Of a DNA stretch of 64,000 nt, positions 7,810-18,635 are shown piece by piece. This DNA comes from a virus. Its lineage: Duplodnaviria; Caudoviricetes. The DNA is taken from the IMG/VR virus record IMGVR_UViG_2791355221_000004, positions 1-64,000 of that record; one strand, given 5' to 3'. Made by a program: the position numbers and the translations under genes. The first letter of the stretch is position 1. Every line of letters begins with the position of its first letter. The notes beneath the pieces were generated by a model. That model was not told the DNA's origin. It did not search any database and worked only from the letters and a program-made list of their open reading frames with translations.

Positions 7810-10800
7810 ATGGCAGGGGAAAATCTCAATATTCTGCTTCAAGCAATTTTAAATAAACCAGCGTCTCTAACTGAACTTAACAAAGCTATCAAAGAGTTGG
7901 AAAATGATCCGAGATTACAAAAGATTAAAATCAAAATGGATATGAACACGAAAATCCTTGATATGTTAACTACTTATAATAGAACAATTAATCAGATTAC
8001 ACAGTCCATTCAAGCTCAGAACTATGTAGTAAATAACCATACGAATACGCTTAGTAGACAGACCCAGGCATTGAAGGATGCAACGGAGGCTCAGAAGCAA
8101 TTTGTTGCCGAGAAGCAGAAGAAGGTGGGTGTTTCGGATGCTGCGAAGACAGTTGGCGCTGTTACTCCAGATAAAAGTAACTTCATCGAATCATCGAAAT
8201 CAGTGAAAGAAATAGTTGATTATGTCGTGGCAATTTCTTCTGTTGGTGATGCTTTTAAAAAGTTGAAGGTTGCTGGTGATTGGTTTTTAAATTTTGTCGG
8301 AGTCTCAGCTACTAGAATTAGTCAGTTAAGTGCAAAAATAGTGAGCTTTATGACATCTTTAGGATACTCAGCAGCAGCTGCGAATGTTTTTGCAGCCTCA
8401 CTTATTACTCTTGCTACAACGTTGCTTCCGTTAGCGATTATAACAGGTGTCACTTTTGCCATATCTAAATTTGTTGAAGTCATCCAAAAGAAAAAGGCCG
8501 AAGAAAAAGCACTTGCTGACCAGCAAAGTGTTATTGCTAATAGTTGGTACACACAGCAAGATAATATTAAATTACTTGTTGCTGAATATAATAATTTAAA
8601 TTCAATTAAGAATAGAACTCAGACACAAGATGAGCGGTATCTAGAAATTTCAAATCAATTGGCCTCTCTTTTGCCGAATCTTGCGGCTTCCGTAGACCAA
8701 AAAGGACAAGCTCATCTTAAAAATGCTAAAGCGATTGAACAAGAACTTGCTTATGCTGGAAAATTGTCAGCTTTAGAGAGCGGTAAAAAAATTGCTAATT
8801 CTGAAAATAATGTTAAAGAGATTATTGACAGCAGAAAAAAAGTGCAGAATGAAATCGATGGAATAGATTCTAAATTAACTCTTGGCTTTACTATTGTTGG
8901 AACAACAGCGATCAAAATACCTGAGTCTGAATTGATTACTTTACAGATGAGAAAGCTTGGACTAGAGCAACAGTTAACCGGTATGACTGGTAAACTAAAA
9001 GATGAAATAACCTCTACTACTGCTTTAATGTCTGGGATGAAACCAAATACTGCTGGTATTGAATCTTATAAAAATATTATTGATAACTTAGATTTGGATA
9101 AAATTGAACCTAAAGATGCTTCCAAAAAAATCTTTGATATTGGGAATGCGCTTAAGAATCTCCAAACAATTCAAAGTGTTAAAAAGACACCTGAATCAGA
9201 AAAGGCTTACTCAATTGCTTTGGGTGTATTGAGAAGTAATTTAAAACTAACTGATCAAGAGTTACAAGATTTCATTAAAACGATGAATAGCTCCAGTCCC
9301 TCAAGTGACAAAGCGTCAAATGATACAGTTAAGTTTGCTGACAGGTTAAGTAAATTAAAATCATATGCGGAAGATTCAAATGGTTCTTTCTCTTCTTTAG
9401 CATCCGCTTATCAAAAGCTTCAGCAAGGGGAACAACTGTCTACCCAAGAGACATTAAAGTTGTCCAATGAGCATCCATTGTTATTGGATTATCTGGCTAA
9501 GCATAATGGACTCATTGAAGACAAGGGAGAGATTTTACAATGGGTTGCAGGTGAAGAGCGCAAAACTGCCTTAGCGGAAGCCATAAGTTTAAATACTAGT
9601 GCTACAAACACCTATAATGCTTTGGAAACAAAACGTAAATTATATAAAAACTTCTACGAGGGAATCAATCCAGTTAACCCTCTAATCCAAGACGCAAATT
9701 TTATCAAAAAGTATGGTAAAAAGGAAATTCCAGAAGAAAATAATCCAGCGAAATTTAGTCCAATAACTTCAGCAGAACTTAAAGAGCAAGCTGAAGCAAA
9801 AGAGAAGATGCAACAAACAAAAATCTTAATGGATTTTCTTAGTAAACCTATTGAATTTCCTGCGAGTGCTCCTAAATCGGAAGTTTCATCCGGATCTTCA
9901 AGTTTTGAGGAATATAAAATCGATGCCTATAAAAACAGTTTGCAGGAACTCGACTTACAACTCAAAGAGTCCGAATCTATCATGTCTCGCTACACAGAAA
10001 CTTCGGAGAAGTATCGTGATGAATTATCGAAACAAGTTGAAATAGCAAAAGAAAAGCTTAAATTAACATCCGAGGAAGGTTTAACTGTTCGAGCCAAAAT
10101 AACAGAGCTGGAAAGTCAACTTTCAAAGACTTCAGACAAGGAAAAGAAAAATCAGATAACCCAACAATTAGATGAGACAAAAAGCAAGCTGGCAGAGCTT
10201 TCGAACTCTTGGTGGGATTACGAGGTAAATATTGAACAATCTGAAAAGAAACTGAAGGAATCGCTATTTAATTTCTCCAAAGATTGGATCAATAATGAAA
10301 AGTCTTCCATGGAGTTGCTTGGCCAGTCTGAAGTGGAAGTAGCTCAGATGGTATTCGATGCCTGGAAGCGGATGAGCGACAAGCGAGACCAATATACCAT
10401 TGAAGAACAAGATGAAATCAATAATAATCTAGCTCAGGCAAAGGATGCTTTGAAAAAATCTCATCTAGGAAATTCCGAGAATTGGATGAGCGAAGAATCT
10501 GAACGTATGCGTCTTACGGGTCATACAGAGATTGAGGTTGCTCAGATGGTTCTTGATGCTCGTAAACGAATGTTAGATGAGAACTGGACGAAAGAACGCG
10601 GTATCACTGAATTGAGTAAGGCAGAACGATTGAAAGCAGAAAAAGATGTAGCTAGTGCCTCATGGGATCTTATAAGTGTGAAAATTAATAAGGCTACTCA
10701 TGAAGTCAGTAATTACGATGATGCGCTGTCTGCTTCCAAAAGTAAAATGTCTATGCTTACTGTTGGTTCCGCTGACTACACAATGGAATTATCCAAGCAA

Positions 10801-12399
10801 GTTAGTCTTATGAGTGATAAGTTGAAGGCTGAAGAGAATCTAGAAAAGGTAATCCGTTCTTCCATGTCAGCAGTAAATTTGAGTAATGAAAACTGGCAAA
10901 ATTTAAATGATCAACTTCGAAAATCCATCCTAAATCAGATCAATATTGCCCAACAACTGAGTGATCAAATGAAGACAGTTGCTGATGATGTTGTTAGTAT
11001 TTACAAGGATATGTATGAGAAGCAAAAGGAAGCCGCGGCTAAAGCTACTGAGAAAGAGCTTGAAGCACTTGAAACGACTCACAAAGCTAAAATTAAAATG
11101 CTTGATGATGAGATGAACAAGTACGATGAGTTGATTAATGCTAAAATCAAAGCTTTAGATGATCAAGCCAGTAAAGATGATTATAATAAACAATTGGCAA
11201 AGCTTCAAAAAGAACGGGATGAGATTACTAATAAGATTAGCATTTCATCACTTAATGATTCTCCGGAAGCCAAAGCTAAGCGCGCTGATCTGCAAAATCA
11301 GTTGAATGCTAAAAATGAAGAAATTGATAAATTTACAACTGACCGATCTATCACACTGCAAAAAGATAATCTTCAACAACAGCTCGATGAGAAAAAGAAG
11401 CAGTCAGATGCTCAGAAAACCATTGAAGATGATGCTTATGAAAAAACTAAAATAGGAATTGAAAATCAAAAGACATTAATGGATCAGTACTATGATGATC
11501 TAATTAATAATGAAAGAGAATTTGCTAAGATACGTGAGGAAATTGCTAAAGGCAACTTTGATCGCGTTAAGAAAGACTTTGCAAGTTTTCAAACGTTTCT
11601 TACTAGCAATAGTGGGATAATCGGAACAAGCATAAGTGAAAATATCAGTGATAAGATAAGCCAAGCTTCTGGTACAATTGAGCAGTTGTCTGTGACTATG
11701 CGCGAAAAGTTTTCGGATATTGCGAACTCTATGCAGACTGGAATTATTAAAACGATTGATGATTTAATTGAAAAATTAACGAAAGCAAGTAGCATGCAGT
11801 ACTCCTCATCAACTGGTAGCACTTCTCCAACCAATGGTAATTCTAATAGTGGTTCTAATGGTAATGGTTTTTACTTTCCTACGGACGACAGAGAAAAGCA
11901 TATTAAAGAAATGATGAAACAGAATAGTGGTGCTTGGTCAGATGCAGATACTGATAAACGCAAAGAGTTAGAACAGTCGAATCGAAATTGGGCAGCCGAA
12001 CTTGGGGATAACGTAAAATACGACAATGGAACATGGTTTAAGAATGGATTACCACTATATCATGAAGGTGGAGAAGTTGGAGTTGAAGGAACAACGCAAA
12101 AGAGTTGGGTAGAAAAAGTACTAAAGCTTAATCCGAATGAGTTGCTGTCTATCCTGAAAAAGGGAGAGGTTGTTCTCAATGATCCGATGCAGTTTATTGG
12201 TGATATCGCTAGTCGAGTTATGGGTACTTTGAAGCCGACGATCCCAACTTTTCAAATGAGCAGTTCTAATAGGGAATCTGGAGATTCAACTTATCATTTT
12301 GATTTCCATATCGATAAACTTGTTGGTGATGAAAAAGGAGGCCAAGATTTTGCAAAAGGATTTATGAAAAGTCTTAATTTGAGAGGGGTGAATACATAA
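7810..12399 (+). CDS. Tail tape measure protein
   Basis: About 1530 aa coiled-coil protein with a hydrophobic segment and a C-terminal YHEGG..GEVVLN motif; likely start ATG 7810. Confidence 0.88.
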   Translation: MAGENLNILLQAILNKPASLTELNKAIKELENDPRLQKIKIKMDMNTKILDMLTTYNRTINQITQSIQAQNYVVNNHTNTLSRQTQALKDATEAQKQFVAEKQKKVGVSDAAKTVGAVTPDKSNFIESSKSVKEIVDYVVAISSVGDAFKKLKVAGDWFLNFVGVSATRISQLSAKIVSFMTSLGYSAAAANVFAASLITLATTLLPLAIITGVTFAISKFVEVIQKKKAEEKALADQQSVIANSWYTQQDNIKLLVAEYNNLNSIKNRTQTQDERYLEISNQLASLLPNLAASVDQKGQAHLKNAKAIEQELAYAGKLSALESGKKIANSENNVKEIIDSRKKVQNEIDGIDSKLTLGFTIVGTTAIKIPESELITLQMRKLGLEQQLTGMTGKLKDEITSTTALMSGMKPNTAGIESYKNIIDNLDLDKIEPKDASKKIFDIGNALKNLQTIQSVKKTPESEKAYSIALGVLRSNLKLTDQELQDFIKTMNSSSPSSDKASNDTVKFADRLSKLKSYAEDSNGSFSSLASAYQKLQQGEQLSTQETLKLSNEHPLLLDYLAKHNGLIEDKGEILQWVAGEERKTALAEAISLNTSATNTYNALETKRKLYKNFYEGINPVNPLIQDANFIKKYGKKEIPEENNPAKFSPITSAELKEQAEAKEKMQQTKILMDFLSKPIEFPASAPKSEVSSGSSSFEEYKIDAYKNSLQELDLQLKESESIMSRYTETSEKYRDELSKQVEIAKEKLKLTSEEGLTVRAKITELESQLSKTSDKEKKNQITQQLDETKSKLAELSNSWWDYEVNIEQSEKKLKESLFNFSKDWINNEKSSMELLGQSEVEVAQMVFDAWKRMSDKRDQYTIEEQDEINNNLAQAKDALKKSHLGNSENWMSEESERMRLTGHTEIEVAQMVLDARKRMLDENWTKERGITELSKAERLKAEKDVASASWDLISVKINKATHEVSNYDDALSASKSKMSMLTVGSADYTMELSKQVSLMSDKLKAEENLEKVIRSSMSAVNLSNENWQNLNDQLRKSILNQINIAQQLSDQMKTVADDVVSIYKDMYEKQKEAAAKATEKELEALETTHKAKIKMLDDEMNKYDELINAKIKALDDQASKDDYNKQLAKLQKERDEITNKISISSLNDSPEAKAKRADLQNQLNAKNEEIDKFTTDRSITLQKDNLQQQLDEKKKQSDAQKTIEDDAYEKTKIGIENQKTLMDQYYDDLINNEREFAKIREEIAKGNFDRVKKDFASFQTFLTSNSGIIGTSISENISDKISQASGTIEQLSVTMREKFSDIANSMQTGIIKTIDDLIEKLTKASSMQYSSSTGSTSPTNGNSNSGSNGNGFYFPTDDREKHIKEMMKQNSGAWSDADTDKRKELEQSNRNWAAELGDNVKYDNGTWFKNGLPLYHEGGEVGVEGTTQKSWVEKVLKLNPNELLSILKKGEVVLNDPMQFIGDIASRVMGTLKPTIPTFQMSSSNRESGDSTYHFDFHIDKLVGDEKGGQDFAKGFMKSLNLRGVNT

Positions 12400-12402
12400 T
12401 TT

Positions 12403-12987
12403 ATGCTAGAAGGCACTAATTTCTCTTTTGATGGCAAGTATTCAGTCAACTATGGATTGCTGAATTGTAAAATTGGCGGTGGTTTATTTGATGAGCAATT
12501 TGTTGCTAATAAGGATATCAAAGAGACAAGAGTCAGAGGTAAAGATAAGCCTTACCTTCAAGAGGTTGTGCGTGCTCCTCTAGAGTTTTCGTTAACTTTT
12601 GCTTTTGAAGACAATTATGATGAAAGTAAAATTCGTGAAGTTGCACGATGGTTGGATACCGATTATTACGCTCCGTTTTTTACAGATTCAAACACGGAGC
12701 GGGTATTTTATTGTATGTTAGTCTCTGATTCTAAACTTCTACACAATGGACTAAAGCAAGGTTATGTGGAACTCACTTTTCGCTGCGATGGTCCTTTTTC
12801 ATACTCACGGTCTTTTGTTTCAAAAACTTATGAATGGCATGATAGTCCACTAACAATTACAAAGCAAACTTTTGCAGATGGAGTATCAGAGAATTTGATT
12901 ATGGATAGTGAAAACAAGCTGATTATGAATCCAGTGAAACCAAAGTGGTCAGGCCACTCTTCAGCTATAAAATGGATTGATGTGTAG
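12403..12987 (+). CDS. Distal tail (Dit)-like protein
   Basis: Follows tape measure; FSFDGKYS..YG N-terminus and FRCDGPFSY motif. Confidence 0.75.
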   Translation: MLEGTNFSFDGKYSVNYGLLNCKIGGGLFDEQFVANKDIKETRVRGKDKPYLQEVVRAPLEFSLTFAFEDNYDESKIREVARWLDTDYYAPFFTDSNTERVFYCMLVSDSKLLHNGLKQGYVELTFRCDGPFSYSRSFVSKTYEWHDSPLTITKQTFADGVSENLIMDSENKLIMNPVKPKWSGHSSAIKWIDV

Positions 12988-13001
12988 AGAAAGGGGAAGT
13001 C

Positions 13002-13640
13002 ATGATGAACAACACGACAAATTTAAATTTAATTAAGCCGGATTTAGATACTGAGATTCACCAAACAATTGCCGATCTAGCAAGTAACTTTCAGAAAATC
13101 GATGACGTTGCTGACATATATGGTAGTGGTATGCCTATATCAGGTGATTGGCTAGTTCCTAGAATTAGATGGGAATTGTCACCTGTAGCTGGAGGTAAAA
13201 TGGGATGGGTTACAATCCGATCTGGTAAGGCAGCGCGTGCTTGGTCGGCTTTAAACCCATTTGTATTAGGTGACTTAATTGTACCGACATTAAATAATGG
13301 ACACTATTATCAATGCATTCAGAAAGGTATGAGTGCAGTCACAGAGCCAACGTTTCCCACTACTTCTGGAGCTATTATAGAGGATATTAAAGGTGCTTCA
13401 GTATGGCAAGTAACTAAATCATATGCTTTGAATACTATTGTGAAGCCTAGTCTAAGTAATGATCGTTATTATATATGTAAAAATTCGGGGGTAAGTGGAA
13501 TTACGGAACCTACGTGGTTAACCAGTGAAGGAAGTATTACATCAGATAACGGGGTTCAGTGGACATGCCACATCATTGCAAAATGGCAAGAGATGGGTAC
13601 TTCTGCCCTTTTTAAGCAATTTGGATTAATAGATATGTGA
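13002..13640 (+). CDS. Tail protein with carbohydrate-binding-like repeats
   Basis: Two W..Y..G..V.P..YYxC..G.S..EP repeats. Confidence 0.6.
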   Translation: MMNNTTNLNLIKPDLDTEIHQTIADLASNFQKIDDVADIYGSGMPISGDWLVPRIRWELSPVAGGKMGWVTIRSGKAARAWSALNPFVLGDLIVPTLNNGHYYQCIQKGMSAVTEPTFPTTSGAIIEDIKGASVWQVTKSYALNTIVKPSLSNDRYYICKNSGVSGITEPTWLTSEGSITSDNGVQWTCHIIAKWQEMGTSALFKQFGLIDM

Positions 13641-13641
13641 G

Positions 13642-14295
13642 GTGATTACTATTGCAACTTGGAATTATTTAGCCGCTTATAAAGGGTTTTACACCTCACC
13701 TGACATAGCTATTAATTTAGATGGGGATGGTGTGATTTCAAAGATTACGTGGAATGCAACAGTTCCTTTGGGAACATCCCTACAGGTGCAAACCAATGTA
13801 TCATTTGATAATGGCTTCAACTGGGAGGGGTGGAAGTTTGCTATTCATGGGGGTTCTGTTCCAGATATCTACGCTAATACTCCTTTATATCAAGCTAAAA
13901 TTAAATATCGGTTTATTGCTGAAACTACCCATAAAACCATTACTCCAACAATTGAGAGTATTGGTTTTTATTTTGAGCCTGTTATTACATACAACAACAA
14001 AGGTGATCTGAATGTTAAACCTGAGATATGGATTGACAAAATTGGCAATGGAGATTTCACAATTATCAATACATCCAAAGGAAATGATGAGTTTAAATTT
14101 ACTAATTTGATCGATCTAGAATCTTTGTATGTGAATAGTGAACGTGAAGAAATTGAAACAAGTTTACCCAATACGTACAGGTATAAGGATTTCAATGACA
14201 ACCACCTTAGCTTTCCTTATGGAGTAAACATACTTCGAATTAAAGGGAATGCAAAGATTAGATTTAAAAGTGAGTATGTAGTAAAACAAGGATGA
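13642..14295 (+). CDS. Tail/baseplate component resembling a Dit C-terminal domain
   Basis: NKGD..VKPEI and PYGVNIL motifs; synteny. Confidence 0.6.
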   Translation: MITIATWNYLAAYKGFYTSPDIAINLDGDGVISKITWNATVPLGTSLQVQTNVSFDNGFNWEGWKFAIHGGSVPDIYANTPLYQAKIKYRFIAETTHKTITPTIESIGFYFEPVITYNNKGDLNVKPEIWIDKIGNGDFTIINTSKGNDEFKFTNLIDLESLYVNSEREEIETSLPNTYRYKDFNDNHLSFPYGVNILRIKGNAKIRFKSEYVVKQG

Positions 14296-14309
14296 AAGTA
14301 GGGGGTTGA

Positions 14310-17300
14310 ATGATAGGAGAAATTGACCCAAATAAAAAACCGATAAAGCCACAACTATTTCTATCTAAGCCAGATGGGACTATTATTGCTAAACTTAGCG
14401 AGGCTTTTAATATAAAGCACAATGTTAAATTGACTTCTGTGAATGAATTATCCTTTGATTTGCCCTATGAGATATCCGTTGATCATAAAAATGTTTGGAA
14501 TAAACATATTGATGTTCTTAGAGAACGATACCTCATTAAGGTCAAATTAGGAAACAAAGAAGAATGGTTTATCATCGACAAGCTAATAGATAGCATGAGT
14601 GACACTGGAGATATCAAATCTGTAGAAGCTTTTTCACTCGCATATGGATTAAAAGACAAAACACTTAGAAATCTTGTCCTGGAATCTAAAAATGCGAAAG
14701 AAGCATTAAATGCGGTATTAACGCAAACCTTGTGGACAATTGATGTTCTCGATGCTGACTATGAATTAACCTATCGTGACTTTGACTTTGCGAGTAATAC
14801 TGTCTTAGATGCTGTTTATCAGATTGCAGAGACTTTTAATGCAGTAGTGTTATGGAATACCGTGAATCGAACACTTAGCTTAATAAAGCCTGAGTTTACA
14901 GGTCTAAACAGAGGCTTGAAGTTCTCATATGGGCACTACTTAAAGTCATTAAGTCGAGAACACAATGCAGATGAAATGGTAACGCAATTAGACGCTTACG
15001 GGAAAGACGGATTGTCAATTGAGCAAGTCAGCAGCACAGGACAATCCTACATTCAAGATTTCAGCTATTTTGTTTATCCATTCGATCGAGATGCACAAAA
15101 ACAAGTGATTACTTCAAGTTATTATATGAGTGACAGCCTTTGTCATGCGCTACTCGATTATAACGAACTACTTGAAAGTAAACAGGGTTTGTTTAACACC
15201 TATTTGACGAGTAAAGAAGCTCTAGTAAGTACTAAATCGACGAAAGATGAAGAAATGCTCAATCTCCAGAATGACTTGAAAGAAGCGATTGATATCCGAA
15301 CCCTGCAGCAATTTGATAATAACATGTGGTTTTATAAAGAGTTGTATTTGGGACTATCTAAATCTTATGTTACAGCTCTTAAATCTGCGGCTCTTTCATA
15401 TGTTGTCATGTGTAAAGTATCAAGCGTAGATAACATTACAGTAAAACTTGATGGAGTTGCTAAAAGTGTTACTGCAGATCAATGGACTGTACTAGGCAAA
15501 ATAAAAGGTGTTGCATCTGCAAGTGTTCAAGTAAGTGGATCTGCTTTGAATACAGAACTGTTTATTCAGATCGCGAATACGACTGAAAATGAACATACCA
15601 CAGTAAACAATGAGGACATGCTGATTAATAAATACAGCGTCGATCATAAAGAGTTGCAAATTGCTGCTAAACAAGATGAAATTAACAGCGTGAAAAGCCA
15701 AATTAGTGTTGTTGATGCTAATATTCTGGAATTGAAAACCTTGCTTGCTTCAACTAATAATTTTACACCTATGCAATTAGAAGAGTTAAGTGACTATATC
15801 ATTCGCCGCGAATTTGTAGATGACAAGTATATTGATCCCAAAGACTTATACAAAGCTGCTCAAGAAAAGTTTGATGAATTGCGAAAGCCACAAACGAGTA
15901 TCAAAATTGATATTGTTAATTTCTTGGAGATTGTGGAAGAACAGAGAAATTGGTCTAAATTAAACTTAGGCGACGAGGTTATTATTGCTTATGAAAAAAT
16001 AGGCATTAAAGTCACAGCCAAAATTACTGAAATCAATTTTGATTATGAGAGTTCCAATATTTCGCTAACAATTGCCAGTATTAAGGAAATCAATGATGCC
16101 GATAGGAAGCTTGAGAAGTTTGTGCAAAAGGGAATCCATACTGCAGTAACGATTGATTTGAATAAGAATAAATGGAGCAAGACTATCCATAGTACTGGTG
16201 AGATTAGTCAGATATTGGAGAACTTCTGGAATAAGACAACCAATGAAATTAATATGGCTAACAACGAATATGTGACTCTCGATAGAGAAGGTATTACAAT
16301 TATCGATCCCAATGATCCTTCTAGATTGATTCGTCTCACACATGGAGCGATGGGTTTAAGTCGGAGCAGCGGTTTAAAATATGAAACAGCGATTACGGCT
16401 GATGGCATTATTGCTGAGCGGTTGATGGGTAAAATTCTCCTTACTGAACGAGTGGTCATTGGCGATGACGATGGGATTTGGACAACTACTGGGGCAAGCA
16501 CAGAGATTGTAGATCGCTGTGGAAGATTAGCCATGAAATTAGGTTTGTATGATGCTAACCCTGATAAGTTCGGTATGATTGTTAATCGATATGCCTCAAC
16601 TGCATGTAATGACACCATCGTTACTAACCGAGTCCGGATAGATAGTGAAGAAGGTTACGTCATTGAGACTAAAAAAGGATCGGAATTTGAGAAAGTTGCT
16701 TGGCTTGACTCAAATGGGCTTCTAAACATTAAGAAACTTCAAATTGATCATGCCGTTGGGAAATTAAACAACGATATTCAACTTGATAACGAAGGCCTCA
16801 TTTTCACTCGATCTGATAAAGGCTATCGGACGATCATGGATGCTATTCGAGGTTTTGTCATTCAGAAGAATAATGGAACATCAGAAGTTCCGTATTGGAT
16901 GGATAAGCTTTTTACGAATGCGAACGGAGATTTGACGTTAAAAGGCCATTTCCAAGCTGGTGAAGGAGAACGAGTATTTACCATTGATGACTCTGGTTTG
17001 GCGCTAGGTAGTTCGGTATGGGGAACAGCTCCATTAAGAGCAGATTATTTGGGTAAAGTGTGGATGAACAAGCTGTTCGCGGAAACTGCCGAGATTAAGA
17101 ACTCATGGTTTAGAGATGGGCATATCGTTGGATCTGATCTTACTATTGGTAGCGGTAATAACGTGCTAAAAATGTTTCCAACGATCGGATTATGGCTAGG
17201 GCACGATCAATACGAACTTTCACCATTTCATGTTAATCTTCAAGGTGAAGCTACAATGTCCAAATTAACCATCAAAAACGGGGCAGGAAAGCCTCTCCTG

Positions 17301-18110
17301 GAAACCACAAATAGTACTTTATACCTCAATAACATGAACATTGAAGGTGTTAACAAGCTGACTGCAGAGCAGATTGCAACACATAATATCACCGCTGAGG
17401 ATGGGTATATTGCTAACCTCAAAGTGAATTCTTTAGTAACCTTGGAAAATGATGCTGATAAAAATCAATATGTTGATTACATTAAAATTAATGGTAAGAC
17501 AACTCAGTTTATTACAGCAAAAGTGGTGAAAAAGGAACAAGCAAAAGATTCCTTAAACAATCTATTATGGTGGACTGATTCAACTAGACAATTGTTAACT
17601 ATTGCAAATCTAGGTAAATCATTAATTGCATATTCTTATGGATTTGAAGGCGAAGGACAAGACATTAACATTAAACGAGAGACTAGTTTTAGTGGTAATG
17701 GGCAAAATTCTATTATTGTAGATAACTTTGGTGCAGGTGATGGTCAACACAAAAGAGCTGATGGTTACCAATCTGGGAAAGGGCATATTGAGAAGCGAAA
17801 TGGAAGTATGGAGTTTAAGTACTTCACTTCTAATATTGCGGATGAGAGAAGTATTAAATTTGTTGACGATAAAATCAGTCTTTATGCTGAAAAATCACTA
17901 ATCAAGGCTTTCGCGAAAGACTTCAATCTTCACGCGGAGGGTGGGAATCTCACTATTGAACATAGCAGTGGTTCAAAACTGATATTTGATTCGAATGGAG
18001 AAGTTACAATAAAATCTGCGGCAGATATGAATATTAACTCTGAAGCAAATATGAAATTCAATGCGGTTGGGAATATCCAAATGACTGCTGCTAGAATTGA
18101 TTTGAATTAA
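14310..18110 (+). CDS. Tail hub/spike (Tal-like) with gp5/VgrG-like beta-helical C-terminus
   Basis: Prophage tail hub-like N-terminus, coiled coil, AITADGI motif, C-terminal ...IQMTAARIDLN. Confidence 0.75.
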   Translation: MIGEIDPNKKPIKPQLFLSKPDGTIIAKLSEAFNIKHNVKLTSVNELSFDLPYEISVDHKNVWNKHIDVLRERYLIKVKLGNKEEWFIIDKLIDSMSDTGDIKSVEAFSLAYGLKDKTLRNLVLESKNAKEALNAVLTQTLWTIDVLDADYELTYRDFDFASNTVLDAVYQIAETFNAVVLWNTVNRTLSLIKPEFTGLNRGLKFSYGHYLKSLSREHNADEMVTQLDAYGKDGLSIEQVSSTGQSYIQDFSYFVYPFDRDAQKQVITSSYYMSDSLCHALLDYNELLESKQGLFNTYLTSKEALVSTKSTKDEEMLNLQNDLKEAIDIRTLQQFDNNMWFYKELYLGLSKSYVTALKSAALSYVVMCKVSSVDNITVKLDGVAKSVTADQWTVLGKIKGVASASVQVSGSALNTELFIQIANTTENEHTTVNNEDMLINKYSVDHKELQIAAKQDEINSVKSQISVVDANILELKTLLASTNNFTPMQLEELSDYIIRREFVDDKYIDPKDLYKAAQEKFDELRKPQTSIKIDIVNFLEIVEEQRNWSKLNLGDEVIIAYEKIGIKVTAKITEINFDYESSNISLTIASIKEINDADRKLEKFVQKGIHTAVTIDLNKNKWSKTIHSTGEISQILENFWNKTTNEINMANNEYVTLDREGITIIDPNDPSRLIRLTHGAMGLSRSSGLKYETAITADGIIAERLMGKILLTERVVIGDDDGIWTTTGASTEIVDRCGRLAMKLGLYDANPDKFGMIVNRYASTACNDTIVTNRVRIDSEEGYVIETKKGSEFEKVAWLDSNGLLNIKKLQIDHAVGKLNNDIQLDNEGLIFTRSDKGYRTIMDAIRGFVIQKNNGTSEVPYWMDKLFTNANGDLTLKGHFQAGEGERVFTIDDSGLALGSSVWGTAPLRADYLGKVWMNKLFAETAEIKNSWFRDGHIVGSDLTIGSGNNVLKMFPTIGLWLGHDQYELSPFHVNLQGEATMSKLTIKNGAGKPLLETTNSTLYLNNMNIEGVNKLTAEQIATHNITAEDGYIANLKVNSLVTLENDADKNQYVDYIKINGKTTQFITAKVVKKEQAKDSLNNLLWWTDSTRQLLTIANLGKSLIAYSYGFEGEGQDINIKRETSFSGNGQNSIIVDNFGAGDGQHKRADGYQSGKGHIEKRNGSMEFKYFTSNIADERSIKFVDDKISLYAEKSLIKAFAKDFNLHAEGGNLTIEHSSGSKLIFDSNGEVTIKSAADMNINSEANMKFNAVGNIQMTAARIDLN

Positions 18111-18147
18111 TACTTAAGTTACCTGTCTCACAAAGGAGGTGAATTAA

Positions 18148-18624
18148 TTGTCAGAAGCTGCTTATCATGGACTTCCTATCGCACAAACAATTGCAGCAGG
18201 GTTTATATCATACAGGTATAGAAAATGGGAAAAGACTGGGACTCAAACATGCACAAGCAGAGATGAAGATGGGGGATGTAATAACTATGTGGATGACTAT
18301 GCTTGGAAAGAATACCCGCAAAATTCTAATGCCGTTGACATGGGTACAGTATTTGCATCTTCGAGCGTACATGTAAATGGAAAGGCTGTAGCAACGACCT
18401 CAAGTACTACGAATGAAAGTTGGACAAATACAGGCTTTGAATCTGAACTTGTAAGCGCAAGTCCAAGCACTGATGGAATAGGAACAGGAGCTGTAACAAG
18501 TGGAAGTTCTACTATATTTGTGAATGGAAGCCCAGTGGCATTTAATGGATCGAAAGTAACCACATGTGTTGGCACTGTAAGTTCCATTCAAGGTGGAAGC
18601 TCAAATGTTTTTGTTGGCAGTTAG
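18148..18624 (+). CDS. PAAR-like spike-tip protein
   Basis: SSVHVNGKAVA, GSSTIFVNGSPVA and GGSSNVFVG repeats. Confidence 0.75.
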   Translation: MSEAAYHGLPIAQTIAAGFISYRYRKWEKTGTQTCTSRDEDGGCNNYVDDYAWKEYPQNSNAVDMGTVFASSSVHVNGKAVATTSSTTNESWTNTGFESELVSASPSTDGIGTGAVTSGSSTIFVNGSPVAFNGSKVTTCVGTVSSIQGGSSNVFVGS

Positions 18625-18635
18625 GAGGTGAAACC

